From Macrostomum lignano (lineage: Eukaryota), in NCBI GenBank assembly GCA_002269645.1, contig NIVC01001535.1:62001-126000 (forward strand): 64,000 bases of DNA, in the 5' to 3' direction. Both the position numbers and the translations under genes were made by a program. Shown in pieces: positions 1 through 12,102 of the stretch. Numbering within the stretch: the first letter of the stretch is position 1; each line of letters opens with the position of its first letter. The notes under the pieces are model-generated. The model was given only the letters and a program-made list of their open reading frames with translations, was not told the origin of the DNA and ran no database searches.

Positions 1-507
1 TCCAGTCCTCGCAACCCTGTCATTAACCGCGCACTCGCACACTTAAGAAACTGTAGGACCCACCCAATACGCGCGACGCGCGAGGGACAAAACCTGGGAG
101 AATTCTCCTACTAAGGCGTTTCCCCCAATTATACAAGCACGCTTGTAGGAGGCGCAGCCATGCCCGCAGAGATTCCAAAAATCTTTGGGAATCTTCTTTC
201 TTGTCTGTCAGGCACGCTTACACGCCGAGCCACATTCCACTATATCGGTGCGTTTCAGCAACAGCCAGATGCAGTCCTACAATCTGTGGTTGGATGCTAC
301 TTTTCCTACTAAAAGTCCCGCTAGTATAATAATGCCCAGCAGCTACTTGCATTACTGGGTGGAGTTCATATCATGTTTCTCTGTGGTTGCCAAAAATAGA
401 CATCTTAGTCAAGGGAGGGGGAGCAACAGGATGTCAGAGCTGATGCCTAGAGCTGAAAATCGATTCATTTTCGGTGGGTGAAGCATGAAAGTTCTGCAGG
501 AAAAAAA

Positions 508-508
<1 letters not shown>

Positions 509-586
<78 letters not shown>
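509..586. repeat. (CA)n microsatellite
   Basis: Perfect CA run of about 39 units. Confidence 0.98.
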
Positions 587-587
<1 letters not shown>

Positions 588-1034
588 CAGTTCATCGAAC
601 TCAAACGCGCTAACCCATACCTGCCTATCTAGCTGCTTCTGCGAGAAAGCAACTATGTATTATTTAGGTTTTTCCACAGGTTTAAGGCGAAGTACGAGGG
701 TAGAACCCGGTAATTATGAGTGTTGGCACATCCTGCTTTTGGCTTATTTAGCGCGGTTCTCTCTACTCTATACTTAAAGCGCGCCGAGCGAGCAGGATGT
801 GCTGAAATGCAGCTTCAGTGTTTCTTTTTGCGTGTGACATTCTTTATGAAACTTTAATATTGATGCCCAAATGAGGCAGAAAACTTAGTGATAAAGGTTT
901 GCTGCAAATGAGTTTTCTTGGTACTTTTGGCAAAAAACTGATTAAACTATTGAAGCTTTTAATTAGGTTGTATCTATATTCAAATTTTGATTTCATTATT
1001 ACTTGTGTCTAGTTGACTTCAATGATAAAAATCA

Positions 1035-2270
1035 GGTTGTGACTCCCCTGACACAGATTCCAACGCTACTGACACGGGTTGTGACACCCCTGACACAGAT
1101 TCCAACGCTACTGACACGGGTTGTGACACCCCTGACACAGATTCCAACGCTACTGACACGGGTTGTGACACCCCTGACACAGATTCCAACGCTACTGACA
1201 CGGGTTGTGACACCCCTGACACAGATTCCAACGCTACTGACACGGGTTGTGACACCCCTGACACAGATTCCAACGCTACTGACACGGGTTGTGACACCCC
1301 TGACACAGATTCCAACGCTACTGACACGGGTTGTGACACCCCTGACACAGATTCCAACGCTACTGACACGGGTTGTGACACCCCTGACACAGATTCCAAC
1401 GCTACTGACACGGGTTGTGACACCCCTGACACAGATTCCAACGCTACTGACACGGGTTGTGACACCCCTGACACAGATTCCAACGCTACTGACACAGGTT
1501 GTGACTCCTCTGACACAGATTCCAACGCTACTGACACGGGTTGTGACACCCCTGACACAGATTCCAACGCTACTGACACAGGTTGTGACTCCTCTGACAC
1601 AGATTCCAACGCTACTGACACAGGTTGTGACTCCTCTGACACAGATTCCAACGCTACTGACACAGGTTGTGACTCCTCTGACACAGATTCCAACGCTACT
1701 GACACAGGTTGTGACTCCTCTGACACAGATTCCAACGCTACTGACACAGGTTGTGACTCCTCTGACACAGATTCCAACGCTACTGACACGGGTTGTGACA
1801 CCCCTGACACAGATTCCAACGCTACTGACACAGGTTGTGACTCCTCTGACACAGATTCCAACGCTACTGACACAGGTTGTGACTCCTCTGACACAGATTC
1901 CAACGCTACTGACACAGGTTGTGACTCCTCTGACACAGATTCCAACGCTACTGACACGGGTTGTGACACCCCTGACACAGATTCCAACGCTACTGACACA
2001 GGTTGTGACTCCTCTGACACAGATTCCAACGCTACTGACACAGGTTGTGACTCCTCTGACACAGATTCCAACGCTACTGACACGGGTTGTGACACGCCTG
2101 ACAGATTCCAACGCTACTGACACGGGTTGTGACGCGCCTGACACAGATTCCAACGCTACTGACACGGGTTGTGACGCGCCTGACACAGATTCCAACGCTA
2201 CTGACACGGGTTGTGACGCGCCTGACACAGATTCCAACGCTACTGACACGGGTTGTGACGCGGTTGTGAC
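1035..2270. repeat. 42-bp tandem minisatellite, about 29 copies
   Basis: Unit ggttgtgacacccctgacacagattccaacgctactgacacg with sequence variants; 2-bp deletion near 2100. It explains the long ORFs on both strands. Confidence 0.97.
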
Positions 2271-3079
2271 GATTCCAAAGCCACTGAAGCAGACAGACAG
2301 CAGGGACCAATGTTTATCAGCCTACAAAGAAACAGTTTGACATTGCATGGATGTGTCATTGCAAAATTTTCTCTAATTCCATAAAAATGATAAATAACTT
2401 AGAAAATTCTTAAAAAGCCCTAACACTAGCTACAATTACTGATGCGATAAGAAGCTCCGACTTTGAAGCTAAGGACACCCAATCGTGATTGGACAAGCAG
2501 CAGCAAAAGCATCGACCAGGGAGCAGAGGGGATTAAGAAAAGAGGAAATTACAATCTCTCGATTCCGCAATCGCAGTGCTCACTTGCCTCCCTCCCACCC
2601 TCTATTTGGCCGCGGCAAGAAAGTCAGTTCACTTGAGTGACCAGTGAGTCACACACACGCACTAGCTCACTAACTGTATTGGCAGGCAGTTGCCAAGGCC
2701 TATAGTTCGGGTCAGTGCAGAACGGGATTGCGATTCCCTGCGGGTAGGGGCGGTACAATCCTATATGGTCACCAATGAGGAGCTTGATGATTCTGTCTCG
2801 CGGTCTCAAGGCATCTAATCTTCGGGCCAAGCAACGAGCCCCCCCCCCCAGGAGGCGTCACAAGCTTGCAGTTTCGGGGCACCCACAACTGTGCGGTACT
2901 TTTACCGCCTGTCATTCGATTTCATCTTACTCTCCGCGTAATCCCAAACTCGCTTGGGAATTCAGTTGACCTCAGGGCAGCGATTGCATTTGAAAGTCGT
3001 TGCATTATGCGTAGTAGACTAGCACATTGCGTTTAGAATTCCTCGTATAGCATTGAGAGCTCGTGCTCGAGCATTATCG

Positions 3080-3303
3080 GGTGTTTTACACTACGGACAG
3101 CTTTTCTTCGTGTAACATTGGGTGTTTTACACTACGGACAGCTCGTCTTCGTGTAACATTGGGTGTTTTACACTACGGACAGCTCGTCTTCGTAGTAAAA
3201 CAATGCGTCGTAAAACATTGGGTGTTTTGCACTACGGACAGCTTTTCGTCGTGTAACATCGAGTGTTTTACACTACGAACAGCTCGTCCTCGTGTAACAT
3301 TAG
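3080..3303. repeat. 41-bp tandem repeat, about 5 degenerate copies
   Basis: Unit ggtgttttacactacggacagctcgtcttcgtgtaacattg. Confidence 0.85.
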
Positions 3304-4145
3304 GCGTTTATATAATTAAAACCTTCACGTAAGATAAGATCTCTCCCATCTTTGACAGTTCATTCTACGAGTAGACAACTGCTAGCGTAGGCAGGAGCTG
3401 AGTTAAAGTACGAAGCTGTAAGCTTTGATGATGCCTGCCGCAATTTATTTCGATTCTTTGATAGGCATCTGAATGCATCTCCCGTTTGCTATTGTTTCCT
3501 GCCGTCCAAATAAAAGATCGAAATGTCATTCAGATGGCAATCGGGAACCGGTGCAAATCTGTCCAAGCTTTTTCGGTGCCAGAGAATCCAGTTTCACCCC
3601 GATTCAATGTCGGGGACGTTAAATCTCTATAGCTGCTGCTTCTAATCTTGATGGCCGAAATAGTTGCATTCTTGCCAAGCAAAAAGAGTCTTTTTTGTGC
3701 ATCGGTACTGAAGTACTATATTCTTCATACACCCTCTGAAGGAAAACTAAATAAAAAAGCTGCGCACGCTTTTGGCTGCGTATAAAATGTCATGCGACTA
3801 TATAGCTGTAGTGTTTATATTTTGTTCCGCATTTATCAATGTTGTCAATCGTATGTTGATTTTAAACAGTTGAGCAGTCTTAATAAAGGTGTTTCAGGTT
3901 GACTTAAAGGGGTTGCTTAGAAGGATAAGAAAAAATTGTCATTCTGACTCAGAAGTTTGACCAGGTATTTTGTAGTCGGTTTTGCAGCCGGAAACCGACC
4001 TCCAGAGAAGTTAGCCTCAGTTGCAGGTGTCCGTCACCCTCGTCGCTCCTTTAGTTGCCTGTGGGTGTAGAGAGTTGAGTAAAGCTGAAATATTGTAACC
4101 GCAATGCCTTTTAATCGCAATACATCGCACTCTACCCAAAATCAG

Positions 4146-7100
4146 GTGGCACATCAATCAGCTTCGACTTGTCTGACCTCGGTCGGGTTGCCAGTTTAGT
4201 TTCAACGCCGAATCGAGGCCAGATAACCACTCGGGTACAGTGGTTTCCTCGATTGGGTTACAGCCTTCAGCTATCCACTAGGCGATTAGTCAGCGTCTCA
4301 TTGAATGGCTCGGGACCAGTTAGGGCCTGGCACAATGCCAGCTGGAGTCGGATGGCGCTTCCAGCTCAATATCGATCGGTTATCGATGCCAATGTGGCCC
4401 TGATGGGGCACCATCCCGGCTTGACGACCCGGGGCGACCTCGAGGTTGTCCAGCACGGCAGCAGCTCGCCCATGCCGGGACTTCATCAAAAAGTTTTCAA
4501 GGTAGGTTGAACTTTGAACTTTTCTCATATTAATTTTTGTCTACAAAATCCTTTAAGCCAGGATTGGTCAGTCAAGCATTAAATATTTTTATTATTACGT
4601 CGCAATCCTGTTTTCTTTACTTCACTTCATCGTGTCCAGAGAACCGGAAGGCAGCGCACAAAGGTCCAGAGAATTCTCTGGGACTCTGTCTGCCCGGCTG
4701 TCCGCGCTGTCACAATAATGGAAGATTCTCGTCAACTTAGGCCCATCGGCCTCCTCGCTTTTCCGTTTCTCACCCCGCCAGCCGCCGAGGGAGTGTCGGT
4801 CCGCTCAAAGCAAGGCAAATCTTCGTCTCTCGCTAGCCCCTATAAATTGTCTCGTTCTCAGCTTTGCAGCGTCTCTGATACGAGGAGAACGAGATAAACC
4901 CCTATTGAAATTGCGACGACTCGACAAGGACTCAACATTGGGCTGCGTCGTCCCTCGTCCTCCAGTTTCCGCATTGATCAATGAGCTCTATCCCCCTGCC
5001 CCATTCTCGTTGTAATCCGTCGGATTAGGCCTAGAGGGGATTTTAAAATGCATACGACTGTTAAGCTTGGAAGGATTTTCCTTCCAATATCCCTAACTCA
5101 ACCACGAGCCCTTGTCAGAGAGCCCCGGTCCAGTCAAACGAACTGATCCGAAAGTGAAGCGGCTTGTTTGCCATTCCATTTCCGACTGGGAAATCCCGCG
5201 CGACACTCATCACCGCTGAGTAAAAGGCTTACCGCAGTGATGTAGTAGTAGTACTTACTGCTAGGCAAATAAAGTCCTGTTTGACAAGAGATTTCACCTC
5301 GAATAACCTAATATCTCTTCGCTCTTAACTATCCACCCAGGTCTATCGCTAGGATTTAACGATTTTTTTTAAACGAGCTTACTTTTCGTTCATTTTCTAG
5401 GAATTAAGCTCGAAGTTTCTCTGGCTTAGGGTGTTTTTGCCATCTTTGGCTTGCTTGCTTGCTTTAAAAAGCAAAAACGCTCCCGTACATGCGAGCATAA
5501 CTGCACTCGTCAGTTCTGTCTCTTGCCTCGCTAGTGCGCATTTGAAAGCGGAGATGTATAGTCCGTGCACGCGCCCCATCAGCAGCCCCTTGAAAATACG
5601 AGCGTAATATTTTCCATGACGATGATTACACTTAAGCTTCGCAATTACGTTGTTAAGACAGGAGAATACTTTTGTACTTAATCTGGTAATTCCCTCCGCC
5701 AACGAATAAACATGATAGACAAGAATAAGATAATCATGCGCAGTAATTCCAGCTAAACCCAACACTTCAACAATCAGTGCAGCCATGGGCATTTCTGTCA
5801 AAATTTCTTTCCATCTCGCCCCAATCAATGGCAGATTAACAACCAGCCAATTCTGCTGATCAGCTACCGGGTCTCGGATCGGACAGAGTCATATCACATT
5901 ATCAATCGGAGATCGGCTGCCGCCACTTTCGATTTGCTGTTCAGCATTGCCTACAGCTCGACTGGCCTGCCTCTGACCGTGACTCCGAATCCGTTAGTTT
6001 GTCTCTATCGGTCTGTGAGATTCGACTACAGCAGGTGAGATAATGGAGTCTCGCGTTGAGAGGATGAGGATAAGGGATGGAGAAAAATATCGAAGGAAAG
6101 AGATTCAATAAAAATAGAGAAGTAGGCAAGGATGGAGTGGATGGAGAATGAGGAGACTCGAGAAACCTCAAAAGAGGAGTTGAGGGAAAGTGGTGAGGAG
6201 GGAGAGAGGAGAAGAGAGGGGGGTGGGAGGAGAGGGAGAAAGGGGAAGAGCGGAAGAGAAGCGAAGAGAGGGGGAGAAGTGAAGAGAGGGAAAGAGAAGG
6301 GGAGAGAGGGAAAGGGGAAAATAGAGGGAGGGGAGAGAGAGAGTGATAGTGAGGAAGAGATTCAGAAGTAACGGAATGACATAAAATTTTTTTGAGAGGC
6401 TGGAAATGAAGAAAACGCATTGTCAATAAGTACTGTAAAAATTCATAGATTAAATAATAATATAGAATGATAAAAATGTGTTTTAAATAAAATATGGGAG
6501 GCTGAGGGAAATCAAATAATATTTTAACGTTTTATTTTCATTACTACGTTTTAAATATAAAAAACTAAAACTATCACTCACTCTATCTATCAACCCCTCA
6601 TTCAGCGACGGACAGCAACTGTCCGAGCTTGCTTGGTCCGACCGGCCTCGGACAGCGTCGGAGCAAACCGGACAGCGCGAGGCTCGACTTCTGTGGCGAT
6701 TCGACCAGTCGTCGTTGAGATCGAAAGCTTCATCGGGACGTCAGTTGGTGTTGGCGGCGCAGCAGCGCTACCCCAGGTCCGATGGCGGCGCCTCGGATGC
6801 TGAGGCTGGCGAAGACGTTGCCGAGTATCGATTCGGCTATGCGGCTTCCGGCGGAAGTGGCAACTGCACAGGGTCCAGCGCGGTGAGTTGTCTGCTCATA
6901 TTGTTGGCTATAGATCATTGAACCAGTACGATCGATAGACTAGATCTACTAGATGTAAAACGCAAATGTTCGATTGGATCTTACTCTACAAGGCTTGAAA
7001 CTCTTTCACACCGCCGTCAAATGAGCCTTTAAAGAACCAAAAAGATGACTAGTTTCTTCATAGTAGACTCGCGATATGAAAATAATAATATTTAGTTTAT

Positions 7101-10100
7101 ACACCTGCCCTAATGGCCAGATGTGCAAGCGACAGCTCAGCCGCAGCTATTGCGCGGTGCATCTGAAGGCTGCGTACGGCTGTTCAGTCCAAGGACTGGG
7201 GGGTCGCCACACGCACCCTCAATTACCCCAGCTAATGCTGGTACCCATTTTACAGCTGGGTGAACTGAAGCAATGCAGAGTTAAGTCTCGTGCTCAAGGA
7301 CACGAATTGTCTCAGTGAGAACAGGAATCGAAACCCCGACCTTCAAGTCGTGAGTCTGACGCTCTGACCACTAGGCTACAACCCCCTATAGACCCGCATA
7401 TATTAGCGAAAATATCCCCACGAAATTCTAAACAGGATTTTATTCCTAACCCATATTTCTTTGCCGCGTGGCACCCCAATTCAGTTCTCTTGGTAAGGAA
7501 CCGCTTCTCCGTTTTTCCCATCGACTGTGCTTTGAGTTGATTGGGTTTTGAAACCAAATACGAATGTCAATAGTAGAAGGAAGACTTAGAAATGCTCGAC
7601 TGGAGGACATAAGAGTGAGAAAATTCCCCTTGGGCTGGAAGGTTGGAATGAAATCGCAGGTGTTTGCCTTGGTCATCCAGCTCATTTAATTCGTCTCTCT
7701 CTTCTCTACGGTTTTTCTAACCGCACAGAGAAGTAAAAAACATTCCGGAGTGTTGGGATTGATGCGTGGAGGGAATTTAATTGCTCAGGGCCATATAGGA
7801 AGGAACTTTCATTTCTTGGCCTTGCTCACAGCCATTTATAGCTGGTCGCCACTGCCAGGCCAGTGGGGCGGAGGCCGGTGAAAATGAAGTTTGTGGGCGA
7901 AAATCACTTCTGGATGAGGAGAGGGCGAGAGAGCAGCCGGACTGAAGGACTTTGCCAGAAATTAATTTCCTTCCAGCACGCCAGACTCCCGTCGCCAAGC
8001 GGGTTATTCCGCTTCCCTCTTCTCTTCTTCATTGTATCAAGCAGTGCATCAAGACGTCAATCATACGTCAAGGCAAGATGCAGTTTGAGTAGTTGCTGTA
8101 TAGAGTTCAATAGACCGACTGGCATTCTTCAAATTCAAACAAAACTTAATGCTCCTCTTTGATTGTCCTCAATTACAGCCGAGCACGATCGACAATCCGC
8201 TTGGAGGTCGATTTCACTTCGCATGCGACTCCAGCGGAGGCTTGATGTCGCTCGGCACACCAGACGGCCGGCTGCATCGATTCCTAGCGAATTGGGGCCT
8301 GGCCACTAACCGTATTCTGTATTGGCCCTGCAAAGACTGCGTTAATCCGTTTGTATTCCACTACGAATCTGGGGATTACCTGCAGTCGTTGCACTATCCC
8401 AGCCAGCTGCGTCGTTTGAGTTTTGCGCTAACAGCTGATAGAAGAGTGCGCCGAGTCGTTTCTGACCAAGCCTACACCGAGATAGCTTACAGTAGCGACA
8501 ACAGCCGACTGCCCAGCGCGTTACGTACGGTCTATTTTGACGAGACAAATACAAATGTCAGTCAGAGATACGATTATACTGGCGGCTTGCTGAGAAAACA
8601 AGTGATAACGTTCGACTGCGCGGGTGACGATCAACTGGCCAAAGCAAGTTACGTCTACCGCTACGATACCGAGCTGAGGATCGCGGGCATTGAGACTGTC
8701 ATCACCAGTAGGGATGGACAGCCGGTGACCTCTCTAGCGAATGTCACACGCGATCCGATTGGCGGCGGTGTCACTTTGTTGAACGACCTCAGCTTGGAGA
8801 GACGCGTCTCTCATCATGAACACTTGGTGAGACTGCGGGACTCTCACTGCACTCGACGCTTTCAGTTTGACAGTCTGGCCAGGCTGACGGAGAGCACGCT
8901 GCACTGCGGATCGGACAGCCGGCGCGCTTTCGTACTCTCGGTGCACGGGCACAGTCGGGGCCGCCTCCAAAAGCAAGTCTACCACATCGGAGAGTCTGAC
9001 GGCTTGTCCGTAGCCTATCAGACCAATAAGCTTGGTCTAGTTGTTCGCGCCACCGCAGCTTCAGCCGCTGTAGCCGGCTCTCCAGTAAGAACCACCGCGG
9101 ACGAAGCGCTGGAGTACACGCTCGGTGGTCGAATCCACTGGCGATCGATTCGCAGCAGCTCTGTTGGAGCGCTTGAGAGATTGAACTACACCTACGACAG
9201 TCGCACTGGCCTGCCGAAAAGCGTCGGATCTGTCCAATACTCATTTGATGCGGATGGTTTTCTAGCGATGCGTCGACACCGCCTGAGCGCTGGAAGTGTA
9301 GAGAATTTTCGTTACGACGCCAAAGGTTTGGTACGTCGCGCCGAGGCTATCGACTCAAGCGGCCGTCGTCTTTACAGTTTGAGGTACGTTTATGACGCCC
9401 AGGAGCGCCTACTAGCCAGAATAGATCGACTTCATCCGCAAAAAAGCACGCAGTTTCTTTACGCCGACCCCGAATACCCTCGACGCGTGACGCACATTCT
9501 GCCCGGCGCTGGTCGGTTTGAGCAATCGGTGCTCACTTGCCGCTACGAGGATCGCACCGGTCAGCTAGTTGCCGTGGAAACTGGGGAGCCGCAGAAAATT
9601 GAAAGGTTCTACGTAGTTAGCGACTATTTCAGTTCCCCATTGGCTTTGCTTAATCAACGAGGCGAAATAGAGACACAGGTAAGCAGGGCTAATCTAGACC
9701 AGCTTTTTATTTTAATACATTTTACGAACCAATATATTTTACCTAAACAAACTAAATCGATTATTTTAGCTAAGCTACAGTGCCACAGGTGAGCGCTCAG
9801 TAGTTTCAAAACGGCCAACCGCTCCTTCGCTACCGTTCGGCTATCAATTGGGCCTGCAAGATCCCGACGCTGGTCTGGTATGGCTTAGTGGCAGTCGCAC
9901 CTATGATCCTTACCTTGGCCAGTGGACTGGCCCCGATCCGTTGGGCCTGTTCACCAGACTTTCAGCTGCACTTCAGACGCCTGAGTCGATTGACGGCTAC
10001 ATTTTTGACCACTTGTCAACGACTGAAAACGGTCCTTTGGTGTCCAACTATGAGGAAGTTAGTCGACCGGAATATTGGCTTAAGGCCTTCAACATCGACG

Positions 10101-10945
10101 CAAAGCGACTGTTAAGAGCCACCAACATCGTTTCTATGGGTATAGGCCGTGAAGCTGAAGAAGGTCTGTTGCCAAGGCTGCACCAGAGTCCGCTATCACC
10201 GAAATCAGTATCTGTTGAGTCCATCTTTGAAGCTGGTTTTCGTCGTCGCCTCGACAGTTTCCAGCGCATCATTGGAGCGTTCGACTTTGTGCAACCTTCT
10301 TCGGCACCGGTAGCTCCACCATTGGCATCGGCTCCGGCGTTCCTCTACCTGGGATTGCGTCCGACATTTTCAGTCGACGGTAAAATATCCCTGACCGGTT
10401 GGGAGGACAACTCGTTGGCCTCGCCCGATCGGGTTCGTCAACTGGCCGCATTGGTGTTCAACGGGTCTCGACTGCTGCCTCAGCAAGCCGAAACCATGGC
10501 CAACGGTCATCGTTGGCTGCGCCTCTATCGCGAGGCTACGCCAGCCACAGAGTCGGCCGTTCGAGATCTCGAACAGTCCATTGCGCCAGCTGGTGCTGCA
10601 TCAATCAGCATTAAACGCGACGGCGACGACAGTCTCGAGGTTCGCGTCGACTCCGGCCTGCTGTCAGCTTCTCTTCGCTGCAGCCGTTTGTCATTCGAGA
10701 CCGAGGCGAACCAGCTAGCGACTGCCGGACTGCGAATGGTTGCCAAGCGATTGATGCGAGCAGAGGCTGCTTCGATCACCGCTGACGGCTACGCAGCGAC
10801 TCGGTTCGACTGGAGCAGGGTGGCCCAGCAGGAGCTACGTCAGAACGGCATCGCAGCCGGTTATCGACCCGCTACTGCTGGAAAAAACCACGACCAACTG
10901 CTCTGGGACGATCCAGGCAGCGTGTACTTTGTACCGACTGCGTAG
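4146..10945 (+). CDS. TENM: Teneurin, 3' portion (YD/RHS-repeat shell, RHS core, Tox-GHH/TCAP-like C-terminus); 5' exons not identified in the window
   Basis: Exons 4146-4501, 5835-6034, 6606-6882, 8179-9678 and 9770-10945 have AG/GT boundaries with matching phases (KVFK|INNQPILLISY; DYS-S-DGQQ; SSA|PSTID; IETQ|LSYSATG). Teneurin-like motifs: FDADGFLAMR, YVYDAQERLLAR, TQFLYADPEYPRRVTH, FGYQLGLQDPDAGLVWL, RTYDPYLGQWTGPDP, WSRVAQQELRQNGIAAGY...DDPGSVYF-stop. Confidence 0.9.
6070..6370. repeat. GA-rich low-complexity tract in a teneurin intron
   Basis: Almost purely purine on the + strand. Confidence 0.85.
7110..7386 (-). mobile_element. tRNA-derived SINE with a CORE/MIR-like central domain
   Basis: Minus strand begins gtagcctagtggtcagagc (A box) ... 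ggtttcgattcc (B box). The + strand has ggtacccattttacagctgggtgaactgaagcaatgcagagttaagtctcgtgctcaaggacac, resembling the CORE-SINE consensus. 3' boundary approximate. Confidence 0.7.
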
Positions 10946-11986
10946 TCTAGAGATGGCCTTCGTGTGGTACGAAGCACATTTCTTGAATCTGGTTAACAAA
11001 AAAACTTAATGATTGAAACAAATGCCGCATGTAGCAGAAGACGACGCAATCTCTCTTGACTTTGTGTACGAGCTTACTTTAGCAATGCTCTTGTGTATTT
11101 TAAACGTGCACCAGCTGTCTTTCTTGTAAAGCACTCAAAAATCGTTTTTCTGGACCTGTTGTCAAGGTCTATTGAAAAAAATGACAACCAAACCGAGTCA
11201 CACCATCGACTAGCTACGAGCTTGACGTACAGTTTATATTATTCTACAATGCATGATCCTGTCGTTTATATACTGCTAAAACATTTTTCTTCAGAACAAA
11301 TCTGTCACCAATTAGACTGTGTCATCTAAGACAGCATGTTTGCCTGTGAATTTACAGAGCTTCATTACAAGGGTTTAATAGCTTTCAGTTTTTTGCATTA
11401 TCCTTTGTACATGTACTCGTATATGCGACGCTGCAATTCAATCACAGATACGCGCTTGTCTGCCGTGGTAGATAGCAAAAATTTTGTTATAATTAAGCCG
11501 TTTCAAATTAATCTGAGTCGATCATTGCGAACGTTTTTTTGATCTTGCACTATCGATTAAGCCTTTTATTGTCTCCTTTTGTCTGGTAAACTTTTTCTCA
11601 GACACATCATTTGTTTAATCTCATCTCATCCGCGATGTGTTAGCGACTGCGAGTTATAAGTAATTAAATGTGCTTACTCTTTTATTAAAAAAATTGAAAA
11701 CAGATTGCAATACAATAATAAAACAATCTTACTTGCGCGACATACTACTTAAAAAAATCGGTAGCAAAAGGCGCTTTTTGCTAAAATATAATGATATTTT
11801 CGTTTTGGAATTAATATTATTTCAAGGAATCATTTTTTTGTAACAATCTGTTGAGTAGCTTTCTGAAATTGTTTTTCCTTAGTCGACTACACTTAAATAA
11901 AGTAAATCTTTCCAAAATTCTGTTTCTATTCTTCAGTCAGGGCGTACTGCGATTTTCGTTTCGGCAGAAGCCTAGCTAGAGTCAGA

Positions 11987-12102
11987 GGGGTCGTACTATA
12001 AAGCTGTCGTAGCGTAAGTTCGAACGTACGTCGGAACTTTTACACTGCGGAGATAGGAGCTAAGAACAATCTTATCTTACGATGGCTTTATAGAACGGGC
12101 CC
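11987..12102. mobile_element. 116-bp MITE, PIF/Harbinger-like
   Basis: Imperfect TIRs of about 32 bp (ggggtcgtactataaagctgtcgtagcgtaag / cttatcttacgatggctttatagaacgggccc) flanked by 3-bp direct repeat AGA. Confidence 0.6.

Noticed and set aside
212-481. Possible upstream teneurin exon (good acceptor at 211, DATFPT motif)
   Set aside because: I found no donor giving a phase-compatible join to 4146; similarity too short to support.
1003-2340. Long ORFs (445, 405 and 358 aa) over the 42-bp array
   Set aside because: Stop-free frames are a by-product of a repeat unit divisible by 3; open on both strands; a frameshift lies within the array.
5397-5828. 143-aa minus-strand ORF in a teneurin intron
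   Set aside because: No recognisable motif, signal peptide or splice support.
7543-7566. IRIWFQN homeobox-like motif on the minus strand
   Set aside because: No helix 1/2 residues and no RR.K after WFQN; lies in a teneurin intron; chance match.
8149-10945. Bacterial RHS/YD toxin or contamination
   Set aside because: Interrupted by phase-consistent GT-AG introns, and colinear with the animal teneurin C-terminal half.
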